A stretch of DNA of 64,000 nucleotides, taken from assembly GCA_951406725.2 (NCBI GenBank), contig OX597826.1, forward strand, positions 42,532,001 to 42,596,000, in the 5' to 3' direction. Source of the DNA: Octopus vulgaris (Eukaryota). Each line of letters begins with the position of its first letter. The first letter of the stretch is position 1. This document shows positions 1 to 11,173 of the stretch, one piece after another. The notes under the pieces are model-generated. The model ran no database searches. It worked only from the letters and a program-made list of their open reading frames with translations, and had not been told where the DNA came from. The translations under genes were made by a program, and so were the position numbers.

Positions 1-632
1 CGGTAAGCTATAAAACCAGAAAAGAAAGCTACAGATCCAATCAATCACTGGAACTGTAAAAATCTGTAACACTTTCCAGAAGTTTATCATTTTAATATAT
101 ATGGGATACGGTAAGCTTTTATAAAAAAAAAACCTGAAGCGCAGTTTGCTTCTGGTCGTCTCAACTTCTGTTGTGCCACTGGCATCATTGCTATTTTCGC
201 TGAAAAGTGAGTTCAGTGCTGTGCAACACTTTACCCACCGAAAACAAATTCAGGCACAGGAACTTCGATTCTTAATTCTAAGAAGTAGTCTTGCTCAGTC
301 GAGAGTCGACTTTCACCATGTATGTCATTATTCGGTTTATTTCAAGATTTCTTGCCAATAGAAAAAGAACCAATTTCTAACCTAAATCCAAGGCTCCTTC
401 ACTGGAATTTCAACATCAACAACAAGGTATTTTTGTATGTATGTATGTATGCATGTATGTGTGTGTGTGTGTGTGTGTGCAGATTTGTATGTTTTATGTA
501 TATGTTCTCATGCATATAGTTGCATATCTAGGCATGCTCATATATAGGATCTTTCAAAATTTGTGACTGAGATTGAAAAGACCCACCGTATCTTAGAAGG
601 AAGTTCTATCGAGAATTAGGTGCCCTTCACTT

Positions 633-848
633 GGCGGACGTAAAGAATGTGAGCCGCACCCTCTTTGGTTTTTTTGGGGTTTTTTTTTACAGAATCTCCC
701 ATTTCCGAGTAGGGAGATTCTAATTCTGCAAAAAAACGGCATTTTAAAAAGCCATTTTTTGGCAGAATCAAGATCTCTGTACTCGATAATGGGGGATTCT
801 GTAAAAAAAAAACCAAAGGGGGTGCGGTCCACATTTTTTATGTCCGCC
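633..848. mobile_element. Foldback/MITE-like element with long imperfect inverted arms
   Basis: Starts ggcggacgtaaagaatgtgagccgcaccc and ends ggggtgcggtccacatttttttatgtccgcc; the internal halves are also complementary (ttacagaatctccc / gggggattctgtaa). Confidence 0.65.
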
Positions 849-992
849 CTTAACTCGCAGTTTTCAATACGCAGTAGCTGGGATCCTGACAGATTCTACT
901 CTGGGTCAGAGTAAACCTGGGAACAAATAGTGGTTAAGTAGTGGTTTCATATTCTTCTAAACATTGGATCACTAACTGATGCAGTTTAAAGT

Positions 993-1272
993 CATACTCC
1001 AACACGTTGGAGTAAGCAATGCTTGGCTGATGAGATCTAATAATATCAAAACATGTTCGGAACATGGGAGTTAAGAATACTGAAAACTTGCCAGTTAAGA
1101 AATGTTACATTTCACGCGCCCGTGGGCACACATACTCCAACACGTTGGAGTAAACAATGCTTGGCTGATGAGATCTAATAATATCAAAACATGTTCGGAA
1201 CATGAGAATTAAGAATACTGAAAACTTGCCAGTTAAGAAATGTTGCATTTCACGCGCCCGTGGGCACACATA
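993..1272 (+). repeat. 138-bp tandem duplication, each unit with a degenerate hammerhead-like motif
   Basis: catactccaacacgttggagta...cccgtgggcaca starts at 993 and again at 1131; each unit contains CTGATGA-gat..atc-AAAACATGTT. Confidence 0.85.
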
Positions 1273-1286
1273 AACACATACGCACG

Positions 1287-1324
<38 letters not shown>

Positions 1325-1502
1325 AACACAATACACACACGCACGTACGCACGCACACATATACATACACACACACGTACATACATACATACATACATTC
1401 ATACATACACATACATACATACATACATGCATGCATGAATGCACGCATACATACATACATACATACATACGTACATACATACACATACATACATACGTAC
1501 AT

Positions 1503-1542
<40 letters not shown>

Positions 1543-1631
1543 ACATACATACATACATACATACATACACACACACATACATACATACATACATACATAC
1601 ATACATACATACATACATACATACATACATA
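1270..1631. repeat. Compound (CA)n/(CATA)n microsatellite
   Basis: Directly visible; explains the overlapping HTYI/MYVC ORFs. Confidence 0.95.
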
Positions 1632-2377
1632 CTAAGAACCAAAATTAAATCTTCGCTGAAATTTTCTAATTTCTTGAAATTGTATCCTCTTCTTGCTCGA
1701 GAGTTGCTCACAATTCCATTAAGTCTTATTTTGCTTTCTTTATCTTTCTTTATCTTTCCCAAATGAGAAGGAATTTTCTTTCTTTTGGTGGGTGGGGTGA
1801 AGTACATCGTTTAGGACATTATTATGTACCTGAGTTTTTGTTTTAATTCATGCCTTTGGCTCACTTGAATTGTTCCCTTTTGCTCAGCTTTTTGCAATAA
1901 AAACAAGTAATGTAATATGGCTTGTCAGGTGTCAACTCACTCCAGTAAACTCCTATACATATATACATACAAGCCTCAAGATTTTATTTGTTTGTGTTGT
2001 TGTTCTATCAGTGGGTAAACAAAACATTATTTCCTTCAATACGTTTGGGAATGGCTTTAGTTTCTTTGATACGCATAATGGATACAGTCAACTTGTTTAA
2101 TAATATTATTTGACTAGTCTGTAATGGGAAAATGGAAAGCAAGCCGATTTGGGTTGACTATGAGCTAAGTATATAAATACTGCAAGACAATAAATATGTT
2201 GCTGGTTCTTCTAACGCCATGATAAAAGCATTGAATGGTACAATTTTCACCTCTTGCCTACATCAATAACACATATATACTGACACTTATGATCAATTCA
2301 AACAAAATATTCGTAAAATTATGCACCCCTGTTCTCGTTATTAACAGTATCATTACATGGTATCTATTTACTGACAG

Positions 2378-2603
2378 GCGAGCTGGCAGAAACGTTAGCA
2401 CGCCGGGCAAAATGCTTAGCGGTATTTCGTCTGCGTTACGTTGTGAGTTCGAATTCCGCCGAGGTCGACTTTGCCTTTCATCCTTTCGGGATCGATAAAT
2501 TAAGTACCAGTTACGCACTGGGGTCGATGTAATCGACTTAATACCAATGTCTGTCCTTGTTTGTCCCCTCTGTGTTTAGCCCCTTGTGGGTAATAAAGAA
2601 ATA
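2378..2603 (+). mobile_element. tRNA-derived SINE (family B, Meta-like core) with Tx1-like 3' tail and 19-bp TSD
   Basis: gcgagctggcagaaacgttagc...gagttcgaattcc (B box)...gcctttcatcctttcgggatcgataaattaagtaccag...tgtcccctctgtgtttagccccttgtgggtaataaagaaata; TSD ggtatctatttactgacag at 2359-2377 and 2604-2622. Confidence 0.9.
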
Positions 2604-2751
2604 GGTATCTATTTACTGACAGATATACTGAGTCATATATTTTTTCAGAGTCAGAGCAAAGCTGATGACTGAATACAAACCTTTGAATTCTCTCCCTCAT
2701 AACACCGTCGACTGCAAACCTCATTTTTATATACAGTTATCATTCCATCTA

Positions 2752-3165
2752 AGGCAGCGAGCTCGCAGAATCGTTAGTGCCTTCGGACAAAAAGCTTAGC
2801 AATATTTCTTTCCACTAATGGCCGTCGCTAAGGGGGTACACTAGACGGCACTGCCTCCTCATTATTCAATGGTGCACCCTCAGATTTACAGTGATAGATT
2901 TATTTCGAAACTTTCATTTTAGCATTATTATAAAATAGTACCCACCAAGAATATTTTGGAGTACCCCCAGGCACCAAAGTCTGGCAATGGGCCTGTTTCC
3001 ACTCTTTACGTTCTGAGTTCTAATCCCGCTGGGGTCAACTTTGCCTTTCATCCTTTCGGTGTCGATTTAATAAAGAACCAGGTAATTACTGCTGGTCAAT
3101 GATATCGATTGTCTCATGCTCTCAAAATTTCTGACCTTTACTCAAATTTAGAAAGAATAATTGTT
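2752..3165 (+). mobile_element. Family B SINE with a different tail, interrupted by a MITE
   Basis: Head ggcagcgagctcgcagaatcgttag; core ttgcctttcatcctttcggtgtcgat resumes after 3003; ends ttagaaagaataattgttat. Confidence 0.8.
2817..2995. mobile_element. MITE with 8-bp TSD (hAT-like)
   Basis: TSD tttccact at 2809-2816 and 2996-3003; imperfect TIRs (aatggccgtcgc / gcaatgggcctg); splits the SINE cleanly. Confidence 0.75.
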
Positions 3166-3528
3166 ATGCCATCCCAATTAAATCAGTCGGTTAATCCTGC
3201 CCCACAGACTGTATATTCTTATAAATATACAAGATCTAGTTTCTTGAAAAGATTGTCTAGGTTGTAGCATTTGATCAGTTACGTCCTAGTTTAATGGCAA
3301 ATCCTTAAATAAGTTTATAAGTGCATGATACAGAAAATTACTAAAGAGGTGGATAAAATACCGTTATGGAATTTGCTTTTAACCTCAGTCTATTATTTCA
3401 TTCGAAGTAATAGATGATATTCACCCAACAAAATGCAACTTTGTACTAACAGAATAAAGCATATTTTTTCACAATTACCTTGTAAAAAGTCACCAATGTG
3501 GAAAGTCTACAATGTAAAATGTAAGCCG

Positions 3529-4427
3529 TGTAGTGAGTCACCAATTTAGTGTGAGCGGTCACTAATTCAAAGTATGAAAGTACTCGTGAAAAAGTTCATT
3601 AAATGCGCTTTTGAGAAGCGGATAACTGCTTCGGTATTAATATGCGCCCAGTCCTGATTGGCTGAAGTAAAATAAAGAAATATAGCTTTCTTGACTCCTA
3701 CAACCTTTTCAGGTGACTGGGTGACGTTCACTGGGATAAAGCAGGGCAAATAAGAAGAGTTGGGGAAAGAATGAAAGTTGTAATGCAGAGGTAAGCTTTC
3801 CCTTCTCTCTATTTCGGACCAATTCCTTCTTTCTCTCTCAGCACATACACACAAGGGACACACACCCTCACACACACACAGTGTTTCTCACTCATCTCTG
3901 GGCAAACCTATACAATTTTTGACATCTGAATGGTTGCACGTATCTAGATGCTCTCATTAGCGATAGGGTGAAATATCAACTTCTCTCGAACATGTCTGTC
4001 TGTCAGGTGAGGGTGCGTGCGCGCGCGTATTTATGTGTTGAAACACTGTCAATAAACGCTGCTATGGCTCAGTGGTTAGAGCGTTGAGCTTACGATCGTG
4101 AAGTTGTGAGTTCGAATCCCGGACCGGGCTGCGTGCTGTGTTCTTGAGCAAGACATTTTATTTCATGTTGCTCCAGTTCACTCAGATGTAGAAATGAGTT
4201 GCGACGTTACTAATGCCAAGCTGTATCGGCGTTTGTCTTTCCCTTGGATAACATCGGTGGCATGGAAAGGAGGGGCCGGTATGCATGGGCGACTGCTGGT
4301 CTTCCATAAACCACCTTGCCCAGACTTATGCCTGGGAGGGTAACTTTCTATGTGCAATCCCACGGTCACTCATGACCGAAGCGGGTCTCAATATCCGTGT
4401 GTGTGCAATGACAATGGGCTCACTACG
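3529..4427 (+). mobile_element. Probable solo LTR containing a SINE insertion
   Basis: Inverted termini tgtagtgag ... ctcactacg (terminal CA appears mutated to CG); internal reverse CCAAT (gattgg) and AATAAA at 4051; no matching TSD found. Confidence 0.45.
4061..4390 (+). mobile_element. tRNA-derived SINE (family C)
   Basis: A box tggctcagtgg and B box gttcgaatcc, then tgtgttcttgagcaagacattttatttc..gctccagttcactcag, shared with 57331-57570. Confidence 0.85.
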
Positions 4428-4660
4428 TAACGCAAAGAATATACTGCACCGTTCTTGAAGTACATCGAGGAAAAGAAGTACACTTGACATAAGCTTTAAA
4501 TCCAAACAGACGACATTTTAGATTTTACTTTATTTACGGAATCCTATTTAACTAGATAATATATAATAAATAGCCAACTTGTGTATGCCATATTTTATGC
4601 GTTTTTTTTTTTTCTTTTTTATATTTCTGGAAACACATTGGGTACAGGAGAATATATAAA

Positions 4661-5057
4661 TCTTTATATATAAAAGTGAGGTTGTGTGCTGTCTGTCTCC
4701 TACAATTTAGATTCCTAACTACTCCCACATTTTGCGGTGCAGTTTAACCAAAACCGGGTATCTTATAGTCGTGATTCATATCGAGCCCTTCTGGGTATTA
4801 GCGCGCGTCTACGATGAGTCTACGATTTTTTAAAAAATTACCATCAATTTTTCCCATTTTTAATGCATTTTGGGCATATATAAGGGAAGTAACTCTCTAA
4901 AAATTTATTATTAAATCTCAGAACGTAAAAAGCTACAGTAACACCCCACCCCTTTGTGGTTAGCCATATTGAGATGGCTATTATACTTTACATCTCTAAA
5001 AATGCTTATATAATTATTTCCCTTACAAACCCGTGCAACGCCGGGCGATACTGCTAG
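4661..5057 (+). mobile_element. Non-autonomous Helitron
   Basis: 5' TC after A; 3' hairpin cccgtgcaacgccggg followed by CTAG|T; same family as 38587-39099 (minus). Confidence 0.85.
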
Positions 5058-5089
5058 TAAATAATATATCTATTGTGATATGTGTATTT

Positions 5090-5357
5090 ATGTGCGTGTG
5101 AGTGTGTGTGTGTGCGTACGTGCGAGGGGGGGCGCATACGTGAGAATGTGTATGTGTGTGTGTGTGTGCGTGCGTGTGTACGCGTGCGTGTGTACGCGTG
5201 CGTGCGTGTGTACGCGTGCTTGCGTGTGTACGCGTGCGTGCGTGTGTATTCGTGCGTGCGTGCGTGTGTACGCGTGCGTGTGTACGCGTGCGTGTGTACG
5301 CGTGCGTGTGTACGCGTGCGTGTGTACGCGTGCGTGTGTACGCGTGCCTGCGTGCAT

Positions 5358-5397
<40 letters not shown>
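5090..5397. repeat. (TG)n and (GTGTACGCGTGCGT)n compound micro/minisatellite
   Basis: Directly visible. Confidence 0.95.
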
Positions 5398-5400
<3 letters not shown>

Positions 5401-5714
5401 TTGTTTTATTTCCATGTCTCTCATCGTTCACACTACTTTATATATTTATTATCTAATAACTTTAACCAGCACTTTATTAAATTGAATAGAAATTAGTGAA
5501 CCTAACATAAAAATATACTCGCTGTATTTCAGACACATTTATTTCCATCGATATTGCACGCACACACATGCACACGCACCATACTTACACAGAACACAGA
5601 CATACAGCCACAGACACACACACACACACATACACACACGCACACACACTCACGTTATATGTATGTGCGTGTGTTTATGTATGTGTGTGTGTGTGTATTC
5701 ATATTTATATAGTT

Positions 5715-5935
5715 CAAATGTGCAGAAAACAAAAGACAAAGACAGGTGAAGGAACATGTAAGTGGATTAGTTGGACACTCGAGAAAAATGGAAAAGTCAT
5801 TGACGTTTCGAGTCTACGCTCTTCAACAGAAGGGATGAGAGGGAAATAGATGAAGAGATGAGAGAAGAAAAAGATGAGCGAGAGAGAGAGAAAAAACCGA
5901 AAAGAGAAAAATGTGTCAGAATTAACGGCTTAACA
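5715..5935 (-). mobile_element. Penelope-like terminal fragment with degenerate hammerhead motif
   Basis: Minus strand ctt-CTGTTGA-agagcgtagactc-GAAACGTC at about 5798-5833; flanks resemble 13612-13825. Confidence 0.6.
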
Positions 5936-6364
5936 TGATGAAATTACCGGAAGAAAGAGGCTGAGAGAAGGGAAGAAAATAGCGGTGACCCGGCTGAAGT
6001 GAGGTACGTAAGCGTGGGTGTATATGTAAGAATGGTGTGTGTGTGTATGTGTGGAAGGGGACGAGTGTGTATGTATGTGTGGGCGAGCTTAAAATCATGT
6101 GAGCCTGTGTGTGCGTATGGAGCGTGTGTATATGTGTATAAATAAACCGGTGCGTGTGTTGTGTGGATTAATGCGGCGGAGCGTGTATATATGTGTGGGA
6201 GTGAGAGAGGCTGTGTATAGAATGTGTGTGTATGTGCAAACGCTTGTGTGCAGCAGTTAATGTGTGCTTGTGCGAATAGTATTTATGCATATGTGTGTGT
6301 GCATGAAGCGTGTGCTTGTTCCTTAAGTGCACACGTGTGTGACCCTGTATGTATGCATATATAT

Positions 6365-6663
6365 TGTTGTTGTTCTTTCTCGAGCCACGCCTGGCTCATA
6401 AGGGCCGGTTTCCCGGTTTCCTTGGCGTATAGGTTCCCTACCTGGACGGGACGCCGGTCCGTCGCAGGTGAGCTGCAAGATGCTGGAGGAAAGAGTGAAA
6501 GAAAGTTGTGGTGAAAGAGTCAGCAGAAGTTCGCCATACCTTCTGCCGGAGCCGCGTGGGGCTTAGGTGCTTCGCTCATAAACACACACATAGCCCGGTC
6601 TGAGATTCGAACCCGCGATCCCTCGACCGCGAGTCCGCTGCTCTAACCACAAGGCCATGTGCC
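6365..6663 (-). mobile_element. tRNA-derived SINE with (CAA)n tail
   Basis: Minus: ggcacatggccttgtggttagagc...ggttcgaatct (B box)...gaaaccgggaaaccggcccttatgagcc...aacaacaacaa; the 3' part is shared with 57480-57560. Confidence 0.85.
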
Positions 6664-6704
6664 TACACACACACACACACATGCATATATATATATATTC
6701 AAAA

Positions 6705-6896
6705 TGTGACCGTGTGTGTACTGTTGGCGATTTTTTCCACTGTCTTCCCTTCTCTGGATCTTTCCTTCTCCTATGTTTCCGACGAAGAGCTCCGCTCGAA
6801 ACGTTAAACCCTCCTTCTTTCCTGAGCGTCCAATAATACTATATTTGTTCCACGTCCTCGCGTTGTTGTGTTTTATTTGTGCTTTCATGTTTGGAT

Positions 6897-6900
<4 letters not shown>
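6705..6900 (+). mobile_element. Short Penelope-like terminal unit with minimal hammerhead; inverted copy at 7662-7864
   Basis: Both copies have the same boundaries (gtgaccg...ggattaac) and abut (TA)n. Confidence 0.75.
6775..6809 (+). ncRNA. Minimal type-I hammerhead motif (U4C variant)
   Basis: gttt-CCGACGA-a-gagc-tcc-gctc-GAAA-CG-TT-aaac; stems I and II pair. Confidence 0.65.
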
Positions 6901-6981
<81 letters not shown>

Positions 6982-7149
6982 CTGTATGAGTTAGAGGTTA
7001 ATAAACCATCTAAGGAATATTAAATATCCAATATACCACTAGATGTGTACCTACATATTTTTAAACAAGTGTTTATTATTGCATGGCAATATTGCAATTG
7101 AATACTAGCTATGGGTGGGTGTAAATTTCCAATTTACCCAGGATTTATA

Positions 7150-7473
7150 AGGCAAGTAAGAAAATGGAGAGGATATAAAATCGACAAACATCAGCCAGTA
7201 AACATTCCATTATATCTATCTATTAAATGATAACAAACATGTGTTTAAGTGGTACAAGTAAATGGATGAGATCAGCCAATAAATACGTACACAGATACAT
7301 ATAGAGAGATGAAGGAATAATAATAGATGAGTGTACAGATATTTATTGGCTGATCTCATTCACTTACTTGTACTCCTTAAACACATGTTTGTTATCATTT
7401 AATAGATAGATATAATGGAATGTTTACTGGCTCATGTTTATCGATTTTATATCCTCTCCATGTTCTTATTTGC

Positions 7474-7477
<4 letters not shown>
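7150..7477. repeat. Inverted repeat, ~150-bp arms and ~30-bp spacer
   Basis: aaggcaagtaagaaaatggagaggatataaaatcg... is mirrored by ...cgattttatatcctctccatgttcttatttgcctt. Confidence 0.85.
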
Positions 7478-7535
<58 letters not shown>

Positions 7536-7760
7536 GGGTATAAAAGGTTTTGGCATTTAGAAGACTCAAAGAGTGGCAGGTAATGCTAAGTAAGTGCTAA
7601 GGACAGACCATAGTTAAACTTGGTGAGAAGTTTAATGTGGATCTTGCATATATACATATATAGTTAATCCAAACATGAAAGCACAAAAAAACACAACAAC
7701 GCGAGGATGTGGAACAAACATAGTATTATTGGACGCTCAGGAAAGAAGGAAAGAAGGAGG

Positions 7761-7795
7761 GTTTAACGTTTCGAGCGGAGCTCTTCGTCGGAAAC
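7761..7795 (-). ncRNA. Minimal hammerhead motif (copy of 6775-6809)
   Basis: Reverse complement is identical in core and stems. Confidence 0.65.
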
Positions 7796-7941
7796 ATAGA
7801 AGGAAAGATCCAGAGAAGGGAAGACAGAGGGAAAAAAATCGCCAATGGTACACACGCGGTCACAATATATACTAGACAAAAACAGATAACAAAGCCAAGG
7901 CTTTGAGGAGTTTTCGGAATATTTATAAGGAAAGAGATATA

Positions 7942-7989
7942 GTCTTACGGCTGTTTCTGTGATATTATAGATATCCCTTCATCAGAGAC
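7942..7989 (-). ncRNA. Type-I hammerhead motif
   Basis: Minus: gtct-CTGATGA-agggatatctataatatcaca-GAAA-CAGCCG-TA-agac. Confidence 0.75.
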
Positions 7990-8774
7990 GATGTGAGATG
8001 GTTAAATAGAGGTAAATGTTTGAGGAATTATTGTGGAAAAGAAGGAGATGGGGAAAATAGAGGGAAATAAGAGAATGAAAGTAGAAATAGCATATAAGAT
8101 ATTGCAGTTTCAGTTCCATTATTCGAGTAAAGTGGTGTATTGAAGTGCTAAAAAGTTTCCTGTACATGGTATGTAAGTTCCGATAGTAGTTCGAGTTTAG
8201 TCATTTCAAAATATGGAACCGTGGATTCTGTGTTGCCCTTCTCTCTCTTTTTATTATCATTACCCTTTTATCTTTTTTCTTTTTTTTTTCTTTGTTCTTC
8301 ACTCTTTACATTTTTCCTTCTCTCCCCCTCTTTTTTCTCTCTCTTTTTATTATCATTACTCTTTTATCCTTTTCTTTTTTTCTCTCTTTCTTCTCATTTC
8401 CTTTCCTCTCTTCATTTTGACCTATCTCCTCATTCTAATCATACACATCTCCTTCGTCCCCCATCTATCCACAAATACTACCAATACATTCCCAAATTTT
8501 CTTTCACACCACAAAACCCCTTCGGATGGGCAACATAGAATCTACGGCTCCATATTTTGAAAGGACTAAACACGAACTACTATCGGAATTTACATACCAT
8601 GTGCAGGAAACTTTTTACCCCTTCTACACACCACTTTACTCGAATAATGTAACTGAAAATACAATATTTTATGTTATTTCTACTTTCATTCTCTCATTTC
8701 CCTCTATTTCCCTTATCTCCTCCTTTTCCATAATAATTCCTCAAACATTTACCTCTATTTAACCATCTCACATC

Positions 8775-8822
8775 GTCTCTGATGAAGGGCTATCCATAAT
8801 ATCTCAGAAACAGCTGTAAGAC
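8775..8822 (+). ncRNA. Type-I hammerhead motif with palindromic stem III
   Basis: gtct-CTGATGA-agggctatccataatatctca-GAAA-CAGCTG-TA-agac. Confidence 0.8.
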
Positions 8823-8883
8823 TATATCTTTTTCCTTATGTCCTGAAAACTCCTCACAGCCTTGGCTTTATTATCTATTTTTG

Positions 8884-8945
<62 letters not shown>

Positions 8946-10516
8946 TTAGATACATACATGCACATATTTGTGTGAGTGGTTTCACAAACAAAAGCAAGTG
9001 GTGTATTCATACTCTGTTCAGAGTAAATATAGTTATTATGTTATATTAGACAAATATAAAGACTTTTTTTACCTTTAAGTTTCATGCAGTTTGAACAACT
9101 CTGACTTTAAGTATAGAAAGATTTTAAACTGCATGCAAGAATCCGATGTCTGAGAACAGTTATTTAGAAGTATATTAATGCACTTAGTGGAGGGTTGAGA
9201 AAGATTTATGGACTGCAGACCAGTGGCACATTACCTACCAGGATACCTGATGGTACGAAAGTGCAGGCTAAAACAAAAATATAATTTACAAATATGGAAG
9301 GAGTACTTTCAAACAGTTCTGAGTACTGATCAATCAGTTAGCGAAGATATTTTGTTGTCTATTTTACAAAGACCAGAAGCAGTACAACTCGCATCTGTGC
9401 AACTTGCATCTTCTTATCAATAAAGCTGTAATTTCAGAAAAGATACAACGTCATAAGAGGAATTTTGTAACGATCTGGCTGGAACGCAAAATCGCATCCG
9501 ATTTTGTTCCCTAGTAGTGAATGCAAGAGGCTCTTCAGTTTATAAAAATTGTAGAGACCATAATCAGAAGTACAGGTAACCTGGCTCCATTCTGGAAGAC
9601 CTTACAGTATGGAAAGTGGTTACATTGTCTCAGTTTATATAAAATACTGCTTGGTGTATTTCAACGAAGCACTCAATTGTAATACTATTTATACAAGCAG
9701 TGAACATTTGTTTTTGAGAAAAATCTGAAGTGCATTATGAAGTACATAAACCAAACCGTATCAATTCACACGTGTGATGGAATGAATACATGCAAGCATT
9801 TTCTGTAAACAATACGTATGAGTGCAAACACGTAACCACTTACCCATCTACTAACTAACATACATAAATACATATATACATTACTTTCAACTGCAGACGT
9901 GTAAAGATAGAAGACAGTCTAAATGTTTTTGAACGTTTTCCTCTACCATTATGCAGATCAAAACAAGCCTAGACCATTGACTCTTTTCTTGTTTTAGATA
10001 AGAGAAATGATTTTAAATAAATGCTCTTTGCTCACCAACGTAAAGCTGGATTTTTTTTTTTAAATCTTTTCAGCCAGTGAGATTTTGCTTTCATGATCAT
10101 TGTTGATATTGGATATCACACCAATAAATACCGATACTGAAATAGCACCACCAACAGTAACACTAAACCAGTGGGTTATCTAAGACGACTCTGAATTTTT
10201 TATTTCTTTTTTCATTCCGTTTGGTTTTTGTATTTAAACCAAACTCTGCCCTGGTGCTCTGAGACACAGCCCTTGAAAATCCTTCTATTGGTTTTATGAA
10301 ATAGTTAAAAAATTACTGAGACGAAGCTCACTGTTTAGCCACTCCATGGCTAAAGCAGCCTCAATAAGAGACAAACATCCTTCTTTATTCGAAAAATGGC
10401 TGTCATAAATAGTAATTGTTATTCCCACTCCTATGAGGTTAATCGATTTTCTGAAGACGTTTAAAAGCAGCCAAAACTGTCATAGAAATGGACGATAAAA
10501 ATATAAACAAACCGCT

Positions 10517-10553
<37 letters not shown>

Positions 10554-10607
10554 CTCAATCCATATAATTCAGTATAAAACTGATCTGAACGAGGCAACTA
10601 TATATAC

Positions 10608-10925
10608 AGGCGTAGGAGTTAGCCCCGGGCCGACCAATGCCTTGTGAGTGGATTTGGTAGACGGAAACTGAAAGAAGCCTGTCGTATATATGTATATATA
10701 TATATATGTATGTATGTGTGTGTTTGTGTGTCTGCTGTGTTTGTCCCCCTAGCATTGCTTGACAACCGATGCTGGTGTATTTACGTCCCCGTAACTTAGC
10801 GGTTCGGCAAAAAGAGACCGATAGATTATAGTACTGGGCTTACAAAAGAATAAGTCCCGGGTCGAGTTGCTCGACTAAAGGCAGTGCTCATATATAGTCA
10901 AAATGACTGAAACAAGTAAAGAAAG
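10608..10925 (+). mobile_element. SINE family A, internally deleted
   Basis: ggcgtaggagt..gccgaccaatgccttgtgagtggatttggtagacggaaactgaaagaagc...aaatgactgaaacaagtaaa. Confidence 0.85.
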
Positions 10926-10935
10926 AAAGAAAGAA

Positions 10936-10996
<61 letters not shown>

Positions 10997-11041
10997 TATA
11001 CATACATATATATATATATACATATATATACATATATATAC

Positions 11042-11072
<31 letters not shown>

Positions 11073-11139
11073 CATATGTATATATACATATATATATATG
11101 TATATATATATATGTATATATATATGTATATATATATAT

Positions 11140-11173
<34 letters not shown>

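Larger units (their letters stand above)
7872..8888. mobile_element. Penelope-like inverted-terminal insertion (arms ~7872-8240 and ~8527-8888)
   Basis: ~370-bp inverted arms, each with a hammerhead motif; flanked by TA repeats. Confidence 0.8.

Noticed and set aside
130-430. Possible coding exon
   Set aside because: Short frames with stops and no recognisable motif.
4061-4130. tRNA gene (also 6590-6663 and 57331-57400)
   Set aside because: A and B boxes are present but the cloverleaf is incomplete and continues into a SINE body.
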